Source: Cyanobacteria bacterium P01_A01_bin.123
Lineage (GTDB): Bacteria; Cyanobacteriota; Cyanobacteriia; Phormidesmidales; Phormidesmidaceae
Length of the DNA: 64,000 nucleotides
Direction: 5' to 3'
Assembly: GCA_039815185.1 (NCBI GenBank)
Contig: JBCBZT010000014.1
Span: 32,001-96,000 of the forward strand
The translations under genes and the position numbers were made by a program. The notes under the pieces are model-generated. The model made no database searches and was not told the DNA's origin. It worked only from the letters and a program-made list of their open reading frames with translations. Below, piece after piece: positions 19,583-30,715 of the stretch; the first letter of the stretch is position 1; each line of letters starts with the position of its first letter.

Positions 19583-22462
19583 ATGGAGAAGCCTTCTGAA
19601 CAATTGAAGCCGTCTCAAATTGGGAAGCTGCCGCTACCGGTGGTGTTGGTTGTGCCATTTATTCTCCAAATCTTTGCAGCGGTCGGGTTGACGGGCTATG
19701 TGTCCCTACGCACAGGGCAAAACGCGGTGAATGATGTAGCCTCTCAACTGCGAGATGAACTGACGGCTCGGATTCAGCAGCAGATTGACACCTATATCGA
19801 AATTCCTCATTCAATCAATCAGATCAACACCAACGCCCTGGTGCAGGGTGACATTGATCCAGTTGTAGCTGGGGGAACCGATCAGCTCTGGCAACAGGCC
19901 AAAATTTTCAACACGACGAACCTAATTTATTGCGCCAGTGAGCAAGATGGCTCCTTCATTGGTGTGGGTTATCCCTTGACCAACGATAAGTTGCAAGCGA
20001 TCGCCTACAACCGTGACACTGCCCAAAAGGGTCATTACTATAATCTCGACCAGCGCGGGCAATTGAGTCAACGGGTTCAAAAAAACGATAGAACCTTTGA
20101 TGCCCGTAAGCGCCCCTGGTACATTGCCGCAAAAGCTGAAGGTGGGCCAGCTTGGAGCTCTATCTATCTGGATTTTGATACTCAACTGCCTACGATTACG
20201 GCAAGTGCCCCTGTGTATGACCCAGTGGGCAGTCAGTTGACGGGGGTTTGTGCCGTCGATTTCCTGCTGCCTGTGGAACTCAGTGCGTTTCTACAGACTT
20301 TGGCGGTGGGCAAAACTGGGGAGACCTTCATCGTGGATCGCTCCGGCACGTTGGTGTCGAGTTCTATTGACGAAGAACTGTTAGTTGGAGAAGGGGAAGA
20401 GACCCGCCGCAGAATGGCGATAGAGAGTCAGAATTCCCTTGTCCAAGAAACGGCTAACTTTCTGAACAATTGGTTTGGCAACTTAACCGAAATTGAGCAA
20501 TCGCAGCAGTTAGAATTCAGACTCGATCGTCAGCGACAATATGTCCAAGTGGTGCCTTTCAACGATGACCGAGGGCTAGACTGGCTAATTGTTTTAGTGG
20601 TGCCCGAAGCTGACTTTATGGAGCAAATCCAAGCCAACACCCGCACGACGATCTGGTTGTGTTTGGGGGCATTGGCGATCGCCACTGGGGTTGGCATCCT
20701 GACGACTCGATGGATTACCCGCCCGATTTTGCACCTCAGCACCGTCAGTCAAAGCTTGGCTCGACAAACCCCCACCAACCCGATTGAGTCCATTGCCCAC
20801 CGCCCGGTCAAGGCCAGAGGCATTCGGGAAATCGACATCCTAGCGGCATCTTTTAATCGCATGGCTGATCAGCTCAGCGCGTCATTCAACGCCCTGGCCC
20901 GCACCAATGTGGAATTAGAAACCCGCGTGGATAAACGCACTGCCGATTTGCAACAGGCAAAAGAGGAAGCCGACGCCGCCAACCAAGCCAAAAGCGAGTT
21001 TTTGGCCAACATGAGCCATGAGTTGCGCACGCCGCTCAATGCAATTTTAGGCTTTACTCAACTGCTGATGCGTGACCCATCGTTGTCTCCACAGCACTAC
21101 GACAATCTCGGCATTGTTAACAACAGCGGTGAGCATTTGTTGGCGTTGATCAACGATGTCTTGGAAATGTCAAAAATTGAGGCAGGCCGCATTACGCTAA
21201 ACCAGCACACGGTCGATTTGTTTTATCTGGTCACGAGTTTAGAGGCCATGCTGCGGTTTCGGGCCGAATCTAAGGGGTTACAACTCACCTTTGATCGGGC
21301 TCCTGGGGTGCCACAGTTTGTCTTGACTGATGAAGGCAAACTGCGCCAGGTGTTAATCAACCTGTTGGGGAATGCGATTAAATTTACCCGAGCTGGCCAG
21401 GTCAGTCTGCGGGTGGATCTGAGCGATGACGCAATCGGCCCAGAGTCAGATGCGGGAGCGATCGCTCCAACCCAATCCCTCCTATTTGAAGTTGCCGACA
21501 CCGGGATTGGTATTCCTGAGGCAGAGCTAGAAGAAATTTTTGACGCTTTTGTACAGGCTAAAGTAGTCAAGCGATCGCAGCGCGGAACCGGCCTGGGGCT
21601 TGCAATTAGCCGACAGTTTGTGCGGTTGATGGGGGGCGATATTATTGTCCACAGCGCGGTGGGAGAAGGCAGCACATTTCGCTTTACAATCCCGCTGATC
21701 TTGACCGCCGCTGGCCAAGATTATCCCCACAAAATCTTTCCACAAGTGGTAGCTTTGGCTGCTGAGCAGCCCCGGTATCGCCTTTTAATCGCGGACGATC
21801 AGCCCGATAATCGGGCAGTGCTGCGTCAACTGTTAACTCAGGTGGGCTTTGACGTGTGTGAGGCGGCAGATGGCAAAGACGCGATCGCCCGCTATCACGA
21901 CTACCACCCCAATCTAATTTGGATGGACATGCGGATGCCCGTGATGGATGGCTATGAAGCCACGCAAAAGATTCGTGCGATTGAAGCCTCCAAGACAGGG
22001 GATGCCCCTCCATCCCGCACTGTCATCATTGCCCTAACCGCGAGCGTGTTTGAAGAAAAGCGTGAACAGGTGCTGGGTGTGGGCTGCGATGACTTCGTTC
22101 GCAAACCCTACCGAGACTCAATTATTTTTGAAAAACTGACCGAGCATTTAGGCGTCAAATATATGTACGCCGAGACCGAAACCGTTCCGTCGCCTGGTTC
22201 CGCAACTCAGCCCGGTGAAATGTCTAACGGTGCGGCATTGCCCCTGAGTAAGATTTCTCGATCTGATTTAGACGTCATGCCTTCAGACTGGCTGGGTCAA
22301 CTTTATCAAGCCGCAGTCCAGGTCGATGGCGACCAGCTTTATGCGCTGATTCAGCAGATCCCCGACGCTCAAAGTCAACTGGCTCAGCAGCTGACCCAGC
22401 TAGCTAACACATTTGACTATGACGCTATTTTGGTGTGGATTGAGACAGTTCAGGGCGGGTGA
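19583..22462 (+). CDS. Hybrid sensor histidine kinase (Cache-HAMP-HisKA-HATPase-REC)
   Basis: Two TMs, FDARKRPWY Cache motif, [37 protein letters not shown]. Confidence 0.93.
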   Translation: MEKPSEQLKPSQIGKLPLPVVLVVPFILQIFAAVGLTGYVSLRTGQNAVNDVASQLRDELTARIQQQIDTYIEIPHSINQINTNALVQGDIDPVVAGGTDQLWQQAKIFNTTNLIYCASEQDGSFIGVGYPLTNDKLQAIAYNRDTAQKGHYYNLDQRGQLSQRVQKNDRTFDARKRPWYIAAKAEGGPAWSSIYLDFDTQLPTITASAPVYDPVGSQLTGVCAVDFLLPVELSAFLQTLAVGKTGETFIVDRSGTLVSSSIDEELLVGEGEETRRRMAIESQNSLVQETANFLNNWFGNLTEIEQSQQLEFRLDRQRQYVQVVPFNDDRGLDWLIVLVVPEADFMEQIQANTRTTIWLCLGALAIATGVGILTTRWITRPILHLSTVSQSLARQTPTNPIESIAHRPVKARGIREIDILAASFNRMADQLSASFNALARTNVELETRVDKRTADLQQAKEEADAANQAKSEFLANMSHELRTPLNAILGFTQLLMRDPSLSPQHYDNLGIVNNSGEHLLALINDVLEMSKIEAGRITLNQHTVDLFYLVTSLEAMLRFRAESKGLQLTFDRAPGVPQFVLTDEGKLRQVLINLLGNAIKFTRAGQVSLRVDLSDDAIGPESDAGAIAPTQSLLFEVADTGIGIPEAELEEIFDAFVQAKVVKRSQRGTGLGLAISRQFVRLMGGDIIVHSAVGEGSTFRFTIPLILTAAGQDYPHKIFPQVVALAAEQPRYRLLIADDQPDNRAVLRQLLTQVGFDVCEAADGKDAIARYHDYHPNLIWMDMRMPVMDGYEATQKIRAIEASKTGDAPPSRTVIIALTASVFEEKREQVLGVGCDDFVRKPYRDSIIFEKLTEHLGVKYMYAETETVPSPGSATQPGEMSNGAALPLSKISRSDLDVMPSDWLGQLYQAAVQVDGDQLYALIQQIPDAQSQLAQQLTQLANTFDYDAILVWIETVQGG

Positions 22463-22524
22463 GGGAGCGGGGGATGGGTAAGGCAAGAGAAGAGTTTTAT
22501 CCCTTACGCCTCACGGCTTACGGC

Positions 22525-23028
22525 TTAGGATTCTTCAATCCAAGCCTCTAGACGAAATCGGGCAATTTGAAAGATTTCTGATAACGCCTGCGATCGCTCT
22601 GCGGATTCACTGTTTTGCAGTCGAATTGCAAAGGTTGAGAGAATGGTATCCGGAGTGTGGTGTTTCACGGCAATGATAAAGGGGAAGCCAAACTTGATCC
22701 GATAGGCTTGGTTGAGCTGTTGAAACTGGTCGTACCTTTCCGCACTAAGCTGATTTAGACCCACACCAGCCTGCTCCTGCACTGAGGCGTCGGCCATGGC
22801 AACCCGACTGCCTAAATCTGGGTGGGCGCAGATGAGGGTCAATTGCTCAGCTGGCGACAACGCATTGACGCAGGCAACCATGGTGCCATGCAGGTGATCA
22901 AGACTGTTAAAGGGGCGGTGGTGCCAAGTTGCCGCTGCGATCGCAGGAGTATCTTCAAACACAGCTTCTAAAGCGGCAGTAAAGTCAACCTGAGCCATGC
23001 GGTTTAAGTCAGCCAGCAGATAAGTCAT
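22525..23028 (-). CDS. uraD: OHCU decarboxylase
   Basis: FEDTP, RPF, AHPDLG, SVQEQAGVGL, LNQAYRIKFGFPFIIAVK, EIFQIARFRL; ATG 23028 chosen as start. Confidence 0.92.
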   Translation of the reverse strand: MTYLLADLNRMAQVDFTAALEAVFEDTPAIAAATWHHRPFNSLDHLHGTMVACVNALSPAEQLTLICAHPDLGSRVAMADASVQEQAGVGLNQLSAERYDQFQQLNQAYRIKFGFPFIIAVKHHTPDTILSTFAIRLQNSESAERSQALSEIFQIARFRLEAWIEES

Positions 23029-23061
23029 CAGCAACCCAACCCTAGATTGAGGCAAAATTGT

Positions 23062-23191
23062 CTAGGGCGTGTCATCAATTCAACGCGAAAAGCTTTATGG
23101 CTGAGCCTTGCCACGCCCGACCCAACTAAACGAGCTGGGGACTGTCACCGTTGTTCTAAAAGCAATGGACAATCCAGATGACAGCCCCTAG
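23062..23191. mobile_element. MITE copy 1 (~125 bp, IS5-family-like ends, CTAG at both flanks)
   Basis: Imperfect terminal inverted repeats GGGCGTGTCATC...GATGACAGCCCC; no ORF; near-identical copy at 59181-59313. Confidence 0.88.
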
Positions 23192-23283
23192 ATCAGCTTG
23201 ACCGCTTTCAAACCAAAATAGAGTGCCATTGCTGTGGCAAAAGCTCCGCCCAGTAAAACAAGGTAAATTAAAGTTCCGCCCAT
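23188..23283 (-). CDS. petL: Cytochrome b6f complex subunit 6 (not in ORF track)
   Basis: MGGTLIYLVLLGGAFATAMALYFGLKAVKLI*: 31 aa, one TM helix, PetL-type C-terminus FGLKAVKLI; divergent from aroB. Confidence 0.9.
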   Translation of the reverse strand: MGGTLIYLVLLGGAFATAMALYFGLKAVKLI

Positions 23284-23325
23284 TTGAGTATCTCTCATTC
23301 ATGCTTGCTATAGAATCATTGAATC

Positions 23326-24501
23326 ATGTCGGCTTCCCCTGCAAACACCCCAACCATTAATTTCGCAGATCTAGCCTCAACGGTCGTCCCTGTGCCGTTG
23401 CCCCAACAGGCTTACAACATCGCGATCGCGGCCCGTGGCCTCTATCATCTTGGCGCTTGGCTGATTGGCAGCGACCCACCGCTAATCAAACCTGGCCAGC
23501 GGCTTTTACTGGTGTCGAATACGACAGTGTTTGATTGGTATGGACAAAGCGCTTTGGATTCCCTGACAGCGGCAGGCTTTCAGGCCAAAGCCTGCGTTTT
23601 GCCAGACGGGGAGCAATACAAAACCCTGGATACGGTTAAAGCCATCTATGACGCGGCTCTAGATTACCAGCTGGAGCGGGGATCGGCCATGGTCGCCTTG
23701 GGTGGTGGTGTGATTGGTGATATGACCGGATTTGCCGCAGCCACATGGCTGCGGGGGATTGCGGTGGTGCAGGTACCTACTTCTCTTTTGGCCATGGTGG
23801 ATGCCTCCATTGGGGGCAAAACTGGGGTCAACCATCCCCAAGGCAAAAACCTGATTGGTGCGTTTCATCAGCCCAGGCTAGTGCTGATTGACCCCACTGT
23901 ATTGAACACGCTGCCCCAGCGAGAATTTCAAGCAGGCATGGCAGAAGTGATTAAGTATGGCGTGATTTGGGATGCCGATCTATTTGGTCAGCTTGAGGCA
24001 ACCGATGCGATCGCGTCTGCCCAAACAATCCCTGCTGATTTGCTGCAAACCATTCTGGTTCGTTCTGCTCAAGCCAAAGCCGCTGTTGTCAGCCAAGATG
24101 AAAAAGAAGCTGGGCTGCGGGCAATTTTGAATTATGGTCACACCATTGGTCATGCAGTGGAAAGTTTGACGGGATATTGCAGTGTCAATCATGGAGAAGC
24201 GGTGGCTATTGGCATGGCAGCAGTGGGAGAAATTGCCGTTGACCTCAATACATGGTCTGCTTTAGAGGCAAACCGACAAACCGCGCTGATCCAAAAAGTG
24301 GGCCTGCCGACACAAATACCAGCAGGTTTGTCGGCTGACGCCATTTTGAGAACGCTGCAATCCGATAAGAAGGTCAAAAATGGTCAGGTTCGGTTTGTCC
24401 TACCCGAGGGCATCGGTAAAGCTTTTGTCAGCAACCAGGTCACTAAGGAGGCTATTGTGAAAGCCATTGCTGCCATGGTCGTTGACGTAACCGTCTCATA
24501 G
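23326..24501 (+). CDS. aroB: 3-dehydroquinate synthase
   Basis: [56 protein letters not shown]. Confidence 0.97.
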   Translation: MSASPANTPTINFADLASTVVPVPLPQQAYNIAIAARGLYHLGAWLIGSDPPLIKPGQRLLLVSNTTVFDWYGQSALDSLTAAGFQAKACVLPDGEQYKTLDTVKAIYDAALDYQLERGSAMVALGGGVIGDMTGFAAATWLRGIAVVQVPTSLLAMVDASIGGKTGVNHPQGKNLIGAFHQPRLVLIDPTVLNTLPQREFQAGMAEVIKYGVIWDADLFGQLEATDAIASAQTIPADLLQTILVRSAQAKAAVVSQDEKEAGLRAILNYGHTIGHAVESLTGYCSVNHGEAVAIGMAAVGEIAVDLNTWSALEANRQTALIQKVGLPTQIPAGLSADAILRTLQSDKKVKNGQVRFVLPEGIGKAFVSNQVTKEAIVKAIAAMVVDVTVS

Positions 24502-24568
24502 GGGATAGGTTCAGCCCATTGGGCAATAATTATCCATAGCTCCCAACTCTTTATCACTGTTGCTTCCC

Positions 24569-25231
24569 ATGCAAACCTACGACTCCCAGGCCAAACTTTC
24601 GACTGAACCTCAAATTTCCCCACGGTCGAGTTACCCGTTAGCAGTGCGTCAGGCTACAGTTGAGCGTAAGACGGGGGAGACTGATGTACAGGTGAGTCTC
24701 ACCGTTGACGGACAGGGGCGCTGCGGGGCCGATACGGGTATTCCTTTTCTCGACCATATGCTGCATCAGATTGCATCCCACGGGTTGTTTGATCTAGATG
24801 TACAGGCTAAGGGCGACCTCGAAATTGACGATCACCACACCAACGAAGATGTAGGCATCACCCTAGGCATGGCGTTGAAACAAGCCCTCGGCGATCGCAA
24901 AGGGATTGTCCGCTTTGGCCATTTTGTGGCGCCGTTGGACGAAGCCTTGGTGCAGGTTTCCCTAGATTTTTCCGGACGCCCCCACCTCAGCTATGGCTTG
25001 GAGATTCCGACGCAACGGGTCGGCACCTACGATACTCAACTGGTACGTGAGTTTTTCGTCGCGGTGGTGAACCACGCCCAAATGACGTTGCATATTCGCC
25101 AGCTTGACGGCATCAATTCTCACCACATCATTGAAGCTACATTCAAAGCCTTTGCCCGCGCTATGCGGATGGCCACAGAAGTGGATCCGCGTCGGGCACA
25201 CACGATCCCCAGTTCTAAAGGCGTATTGTAG
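24569..25231 (+). CDS. hisB: Imidazoleglycerol-phosphate dehydratase
   Basis: [43 protein letters not shown]. Confidence 0.97.
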   Translation: MQTYDSQAKLSTEPQISPRSSYPLAVRQATVERKTGETDVQVSLTVDGQGRCGADTGIPFLDHMLHQIASHGLFDLDVQAKGDLEIDDHHTNEDVGITLGMALKQALGDRKGIVRFGHFVAPLDEALVQVSLDFSGRPHLSYGLEIPTQRVGTYDTQLVREFFVAVVNHAQMTLHIRQLDGINSHHIIEATFKAFARAMRMATEVDPRRAHTIPSSKGVL

Positions 25232-25390
25232 CGGCATTGCCTGGTGTTTTCGTAGCAGCCCAAAGAACTTGAATTCCACCAATACAATGAAGCTGATAAT
25301 GAGCAGTTAACTAGGATACGTTCTTGTCAGAGAGCTAACCCTTCGCTGGTGCGAGCGGTATGAAGGTTATCGGTGAGAGTTCAAGGTTGT

Positions 25391-27067
25391 CTATTGCCGC
25401 ACAACTTCACCGATGGGCAGCTTAAGTTTTGAAGGGCGATCACGGTCGTGATAAATCACCAGCGTAATGATCTTTGCATTCATGGTACGACCGGTTGCAG
25501 GATCGGCCATGAATCCTGGATTGACACTGTAGGCGGGGAAGCAAGCGGCGCTGATACTAAGCCGTAAACAGTGTCCTGAGGGAAGCCGGAAGCAGGTGGG
25601 TTGTAGAGGAATGATGATTTGACCTGAGTCGGCTTGGGCTTGATGATGACGACAATAGCCCTGGGTAAGGTTGTAAACGCTGCCGTCAGGCCGCACCTCT
25701 GAAACAATGGCGCAGAGATCAAAGCTGGGAGCATCCGCTGTGCAATACAGCTCGACTTGAATTTCGCCAGCGATCGCGATGGATGTAGCCAACGGTTCAC
25801 TGGTGTAGGTCAGCACGTCGCTGCGGCAGTCTAAAGCCGAGCGATCAAAGCTCCCGGCAGGGTTAGCAGCGTGACCCCCTAAGGAGGGAACAGGTCGCCA
25901 GGGATCATGGACGAAGGTATCGGGGGAATTGTCCGTCTCGTCTACTACAGCTTGGGTTAATCGACCATCGGTTTGATCGAGACCCGCAAGCCCAGTGCTG
26001 CTGAGCCAATAGGGGGTTGGGGTCACTTGGGGCCAATGAGAAAATTGACGCCAGCGATCGCCCCCCATTTCAAACAGACATACCGATGGGGTTGCGGCTA
26101 GGTCTGGATCGCTGTGCTTGAGGTGGTGATCAAACCAGCGAATTTGCAGTCGATCGATCGGGGTGTTGGCTTCAGGGCCAAAATCTCGCTGCCCGACTTT
26201 GCGTCCCCAAGGGATATGTCCCCAGGGGCCGATCCAAAGGTGCTGGAGATGTTGGCTGCGATCGCGCATCTGCTTAAATAGCCGCAAATTGCCCCACAAA
26301 TAAGGGTCAAACCAGCCGCCGATGTGCAGCATGGGCAAGTCTATCTGGCTGAGATCAGGCGTCAGCGACTGCCAGTAGTCATCCCATTGGGGATGGGCAA
26401 CCCAATCATGAAAGAAGGAATCCGGCGCGTGATGCTTGAGCACTTCTGGGCAAGTTGGGATTGGCTCAGACAGTGGTAAATTACGCGACGCTTTAAACAG
26501 TGCTTCATAGGCGATTTCATCCCCTTTCAATCGAGCCGTTTCTGCAGCCAATTGAATGGCCCAGCCTAATCCAGCTTGCAGCAGTAATGCCCCATTCTCA
26601 TAGGCCCAGTCTTCGTAAAGGTTGTAGCCGACCATGGCTGGGGCGATCGCCTTGAGCGCAGTTGGCTTAGCTTGGGCTGCATAGAGCTGAGTCATGCCCT
26701 GGTAAGAAAACCCATACATGCCGACTTGGCCGTTACTCTGGGGTAATTGAGCAGCCCAAGCTACCGTATCTTCCCCATCGGTGACTTCGTGCTCAAACAG
26801 GCGAAAATCACCTTCAGACGTCCCCCGTCCCCGCACATCTTGAATGACAACGAGGTAACCGTGGGCTGCATACCAAATGGGGTGAGCATAAACAACCGTA
26901 GACGCGATTGCCCGGCCATAGGGCTGGCGCATCAGCAATACCGGAAACTCCCCGGCTGCATCAGGTGCATAAATATCGGCGTCTAACCGGATGCGATCGC
27001 GGGTGAACATCGAGCGGGTTTGTTGAGCACGAACCGAGAACCGTTGAGTCTGGGATTTAGCGTTCAC
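25391..27067 (-). CDS. CocE/NonD-family hydrolase (peptidase S15)
   Basis: RQPYG, QDVRGRGTSEG, nucleophile GFSYQG, GGWFD, IGPWGH. Confidence 0.92.
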   Translation of the reverse strand: MNAKSQTQRFSVRAQQTRSMFTRDRIRLDADIYAPDAAGEFPVLLMRQPYGRAIASTVVYAHPIWYAAHGYLVVIQDVRGRGTSEGDFRLFEHEVTDGEDTVAWAAQLPQSNGQVGMYGFSYQGMTQLYAAQAKPTALKAIAPAMVGYNLYEDWAYENGALLLQAGLGWAIQLAAETARLKGDEIAYEALFKASRNLPLSEPIPTCPEVLKHHAPDSFFHDWVAHPQWDDYWQSLTPDLSQIDLPMLHIGGWFDPYLWGNLRLFKQMRDRSQHLQHLWIGPWGHIPWGRKVGQRDFGPEANTPIDRLQIRWFDHHLKHSDPDLAATPSVCLFEMGGDRWRQFSHWPQVTPTPYWLSSTGLAGLDQTDGRLTQAVVDETDNSPDTFVHDPWRPVPSLGGHAANPAGSFDRSALDCRSDVLTYTSEPLATSIAIAGEIQVELYCTADAPSFDLCAIVSEVRPDGSVYNLTQGYCRHHQAQADSGQIIIPLQPTCFRLPSGHCLRLSISAACFPAYSVNPGFMADPATGRTMNAKIITLVIYHDRDRPSKLKLPIGEVVRQ

Positions 27068-27110
27068 CGATACAGTGCCTCGAAATACCCCATCAGTTCT
27101 AACCTGTTGC

Positions 27111-27587
27111 TCATCTGACCCCCGCCAACCGATCTGAGCGTCGCAATACCGCCATGTCCTCCGCGTCTAAATCGACCGGGGTACCGCTGCGAATCAATTC
27201 GGCAAAATCTTCATTGGGCACCATGATACACAGGGTATAGAGCCGACTATCGCCCGTATTTTCGAGCACATGGACACCGTTGGGGGGCACTAAAACACTG
27301 TCTCCAGCTTGAATAGTAATTGTTTTGCCATCGCAGGTTGCTCGCCCTTCCCCTTTGAGGATGAAAAACATCTCAACTGCGATTTGATGGCGATTAGGCG
27401 GGGTTTTGCCCCCGACGTCGAAAATCTCGACGCAGTAGGTCAAAGACATATTGGCAACCATCGGATCAAAGACAATTGCCAAACGGTTGGTATCCCCAGG
27501 GCTAATCCGATAGGCCTGATAATCACCCGGGGATTTGAAGACAGGCAAGACACAAGTCGCCGAAATCGCACAGCTTTCTGCCACCAT
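27111..27587 (-). CDS. Cupin-domain protein
   Basis: TPPNRH..EMFFILKGEG..GDSVLVPPNGVHVLENTG; ATG 27587 chosen as start. Confidence 0.88.
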   Translation of the reverse strand: MVAESCAISATCVLPVFKSPGDYQAYRISPGDTNRLAIVFDPMVANMSLTYCVEIFDVGGKTPPNRHQIAVEMFFILKGEGRATCDGKTITIQAGDSVLVPPNGVHVLENTGDSRLYTLCIMVPNEDFAELIRSGTPVDLDAEDMAVLRRSDRLAGVR

Positions 27588-27654
27588 GGAAAATCCTTCC
27601 AAATTTAGGGCCAAATTTTGGGTATACCCAGCACGGAGCGAACGATTCCTAAAG

Positions 27655-27668
27655 GTAAATACCGCTAC
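27655..27668. promoter_or_regulatory. Putative NtcA-binding site GTA-N8-TAC
   Basis: Minus strand tGTAGCGGTATTTAC, about 70 nt upstream of the cupin ATG. Confidence 0.55.
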
Positions 27669-27922
27669 ATTTTTAGCGCGATGAGCTGACGCGACAGCCT
27701 TTTGGTCTAATTTTCGACCATCGCATACTGTTCAAACAGCAGCCTACAGCAAATTCTATACGGAACCGTATTACTAGTTGCCTACCTTTTAGCGTTTCTT
27801 CAGGAAACGATGATTTATGGCGATATTGTTAGCGATGGGTTGCCAGGTCTGTTGCCGCTGTCCCAATTTTTGCTTGGCTGCTGAGGTGTTGACCAGGGGC
27901 ATGAAGAAACAATAATGATGAC

Positions 27923-28486
27923 GTGGATCTGACGACGTGTAACTGTAATTTCAAACTATTGGTCGTGGAGGTAGTTGCGGTGTCCAATGTTGAAGGGCTT
28001 TGGCGTTCTGGCAATCTTCTGGTGATGCAGAAAGGAGCAGAATTCCCTGATCGCTGTATCAAAACGAATCAGCCCGCTGACGGTAAACGATTTAAGGCAA
28101 TGCTGTACTGGCATCATCCCGCGTACTACATTCTAATTTTGGCAAGTTTGCTGATTTACATTATCGTTGCGCTGATTGTGCGTAAACATGCGATCGCTTA
28201 CGTCGGCGTGACTGAAGACGTTTTGCGCCAGCGCAAACAAGCGATTTTGTGGGGGTGGGGGATCGGCATTGCAGGCGTCGTTTTGTTCTTTGGTGCTTTC
28301 TCATTTGAATCTGACACAGCCATACAAACCTCCCTCTTGCTCGGTTTTGCCTTAATGCTGGTGGGATTAATTGGCGGGATTATCAAGGCTACCCTCGTCG
28401 GGGTTACCCGGATTGAAGACGAGTATGTCTGGATTCGGGGAGTCAACGAAGCGTACTTAGATTTGCTGCCAGAATGGCAGGGATGA
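27923..28486 (+). CDS. Hypothetical membrane protein
   Basis: Three TM segments, PDRCIKTN, C-terminal YLDLLPEW; the true start is probably downstream. Confidence 0.7.
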   Translation: MDLTTCNCNFKLLVVEVVAVSNVEGLWRSGNLLVMQKGAEFPDRCIKTNQPADGKRFKAMLYWHHPAYYILILASLLIYIIVALIVRKHAIAYVGVTEDVLRQRKQAILWGWGIGIAGVVLFFGAFSFESDTAIQTSLLLGFALMLVGLIGGIIKATLVGVTRIEDEYVWIRGVNEAYLDLLPEWQG

Positions 28487-28500
28487 ATTAACCTATTGGT

Positions 28501-29163
28501 CTACTCAAGATTGGGCAAAAACCTGCTGGCGAGTAGGGCAACTTGGGTGCGATCGCGGAGTTGTAAATGGCTCAAAATACTGCTGACATGATTTTTCACT
28601 GTCCGGGCAGAGATGTGCAACGCTTCCGCAATTTCTCGATTATTTGCCCCCGTGGCAATTAGCTGTAAAACCTCCTGCTCGCGGGGGGATAGGGTGAAAA
28701 ATTCAGGCGGAATATTGGGAATGTTGGCGGTCTCCGGGGAAGCTGTCATTGCCTTTTCAAACAGGCCTGGCCCCAAGTAGGTATAGCCTTTATGGGTGGC
28801 GCGAATGGCTTCGGCGAGTTCTTCAGAGGGGGTGTCTTTGAGCAAATATCCCTTGGCCCCGTATTGCATTGCCTGGGCCACATACTCATCGTCATCAAAC
28901 GTGCTTAAGATCAACACTTTCAAGTTAATCCAGCGTTGGTGAATGTGTTGGATGGCAGCAACCCCATCCATAACCGGCATGCGGATGTCGAGCAGAACTA
29001 AATCGGGCTGATTCGGGGTGCCCATCAGTGAGGCAATGAGCGCGATCGCCCCTTGGCCATCCTCAGCCTCGCCGACCACACAAAAATCCGGCCTGGCCTG
29101 GAGCAGGCTGCTCAATCCCTGCCGAATCAGAACCTGATCATCGACAATTACCAGTCGAATCAC
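28501..29163 (-). CDS. NarL/LuxR-family response regulator
   Basis: VDDQ, LLDIRMP, GYLLKD, LSPREQEVL..NREIA..TVKNHVS. Confidence 0.95.
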   Translation of the reverse strand: MIRLVIVDDQVLIRQGLSSLLQARPDFCVVGEAEDGQGAIALIASLMGTPNQPDLVLLDIRMPVMDGVAAIQHIHQRWINLKVLILSTFDDDEYVAQAMQYGAKGYLLKDTPSEELAEAIRATHKGYTYLGPGLFEKAMTASPETANIPNIPPEFFTLSPREQEVLQLIATGANNREIAEALHISARTVKNHVSSILSHLQLRDRTQVALLASRFLPNLE

Positions 29164-30440
29164 AACATCACCTTAGCCAGCGGTAGTTTAGCGCTGAGCT
29201 GACAGCCTTGGCCTGGGGCTGTCACAATCTGGAGTTGTCCACCCATCGCCGCCGCCCGCTCACGCATACTTTTGAGGCCAAACCCAGCCGTGGTTTGGGC
29301 CGGGTCAAAGCCAATCCCGTTGTCTTTAATCATCAGCCAGAGGGAGTCAAAATCAGTCTTTACCCTTAGCTTAATTTGGTTTGCCTGGCTGTGCTTGGCA
29401 ACGTTGGTCAAAGCCTCTTGGACAAGACGATAGACTGTTGTGCTGACCTCGCTTTTGACGGTGTTACCCAGCTGCAATTCGTAGATAAAGTCTCCACTGA
29501 TCTGATTTTGAAATTCGCGACAAAGAACCTGTAAAGCAGTAGACAGGGGTTTTCCCTTCAAGGGGTCAGACCGTAGGGTAGAAACCGACTGACGAATTTC
29601 TGTCAACGCCGTCGCTGCAAGATGCTGGGCTGTTTGGAGATAGGTCTCTGTTTTTTGTGGGTCTGACTGGCAAAACATCAAGGCATTTTCGAGCTGAATC
29701 CGCTGGGCTGTGAGGTTATGACCCACTGCATCGTGAATTTCTTGAGCAATGCGATTGCGTTCTTGGAGGGTGGCTTGGTCTTCAATCCGCAATGCGTACT
29801 GACGGAGCTGCTGGTGAACTGCGGCTAACTGCTGTCGACTTGCCCGCTCTGAGAGTAAAGCGTTGACCAGCATCAGCATACAGGCCAGTACCAAAATAGA
29901 GAGTAATATACCGCTAATGCCGCCGATCAGAAGTAGGGTGTTGAGCTGTGCCAAGCTCAATGCAGGCAATTCCTTGAGTTCTGATTGGATGCGCTGGACA
30001 TCGCTTAAGGGAATAACCAGAGATGTTGTGGCCAGTCCGAAGGCTAACCCAGTCACCCACCATCGGGCAGTGCGCCGAAAGATCAAATATCCGCGAATGG
30101 CCACGACGATATAGGGCATGAGAAACGGAGATCGCCAGTTAACAAGGGTGGTCGCAAGCAAAATTAGCCCAAACTGGATCGCAATGTAAGCCCACTTGCT
30201 CAGGGCTGGCCCTGCAGGCAAGCGTATCCCCAGCAAGCCTAAAGCTGCCAGGCATAAAAGGGTCAATAACCAAGCAAACGGAAACGGTTCAGTTTCGACC
30301 AGGGACTCACCCAACAATGTCGATAAGTAAGGCATGTTTTCCCACGGCAGTTCAGTGAGAACTGCGATGCCGATTAGAATCCACTCAGTAATCTGAATTG
30401 AACGAAACGGATGGGGTTGGGTTTGGAACCAATGTGTCAC
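29160..30440 (-). CDS. HisKA_3 (NarX/DesK-type) membrane sensor kinase
   Basis: About 5 TMs, ERNRIAQEIHDAVGHNLT, QEALTNVAKHS, DNGIGF, GFGLKSMRERA. Confidence 0.93.
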   Translation of the reverse strand: MTHWFQTQPHPFRSIQITEWILIGIAVLTELPWENMPYLSTLLGESLVETEPFPFAWLLTLLCLAALGLLGIRLPAGPALSKWAYIAIQFGLILLATTLVNWRSPFLMPYIVVAIRGYLIFRRTARWWVTGLAFGLATTSLVIPLSDVQRIQSELKELPALSLAQLNTLLLIGGISGILLSILVLACMLMLVNALLSERASRQQLAAVHQQLRQYALRIEDQATLQERNRIAQEIHDAVGHNLTAQRIQLENALMFCQSDPQKTETYLQTAQHLAATALTEIRQSVSTLRSDPLKGKPLSTALQVLCREFQNQISGDFIYELQLGNTVKSEVSTTVYRLVQEALTNVAKHSQANQIKLRVKTDFDSLWLMIKDNGIGFDPAQTTAGFGLKSMRERAAAMGGQLQIVTAPGQGCQLSAKLPLAKVML

Positions 30441-30567
30441 GGTTCACCTTACTTATGAGAAAACGCCACATTCCGGGCTAGATGGGATTTAACGTCGGCC
30501 TCATCGGGATTGCAAACATATGTTCTTTACCTTAGGCAGGTTAGGGATGTTTTTACCAGAGTCTTTT

Positions 30568-30715
30568 GTCACAAAAACGCCGACGTCTTCATGACGAAAG
30601 TGCTATCGGGAAATCGATCTTCAGACTCATTGGGTTTAGGCATGTAGCCTCATGCAAACCGTCCATTGAGATCCTTACGATAAGGCCTGAGTTTGTTACG
30701 ATTACAACGATGAAA
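30568..30715 (+). promoter_or_regulatory. Duplicated promoter/5' leader, copy A
   Basis: Colinear with 32575-32721; shared blocks GTCACnAAAACGC, AAAGT, AATCGATCTTCAGA, GCCTCATG, CTTACGAT, CTGAGTTTGTT, ACAACnATGAAA. Confidence 0.8.

Noticed and set aside
22500..22530. Short heptamer-like run (CTTACGC CTCACGG CTTACGG)
   Set aside because: Too short and degenerate; ordinary intergenic low-complexity sequence.
30566..30709. N-terminal extension of the hydrolase ORF (likewise 32677-32715 and 10901-11029)
   Set aside because: These overlap promoter/leader sequence; downstream ATGs give family-typical N-termini.
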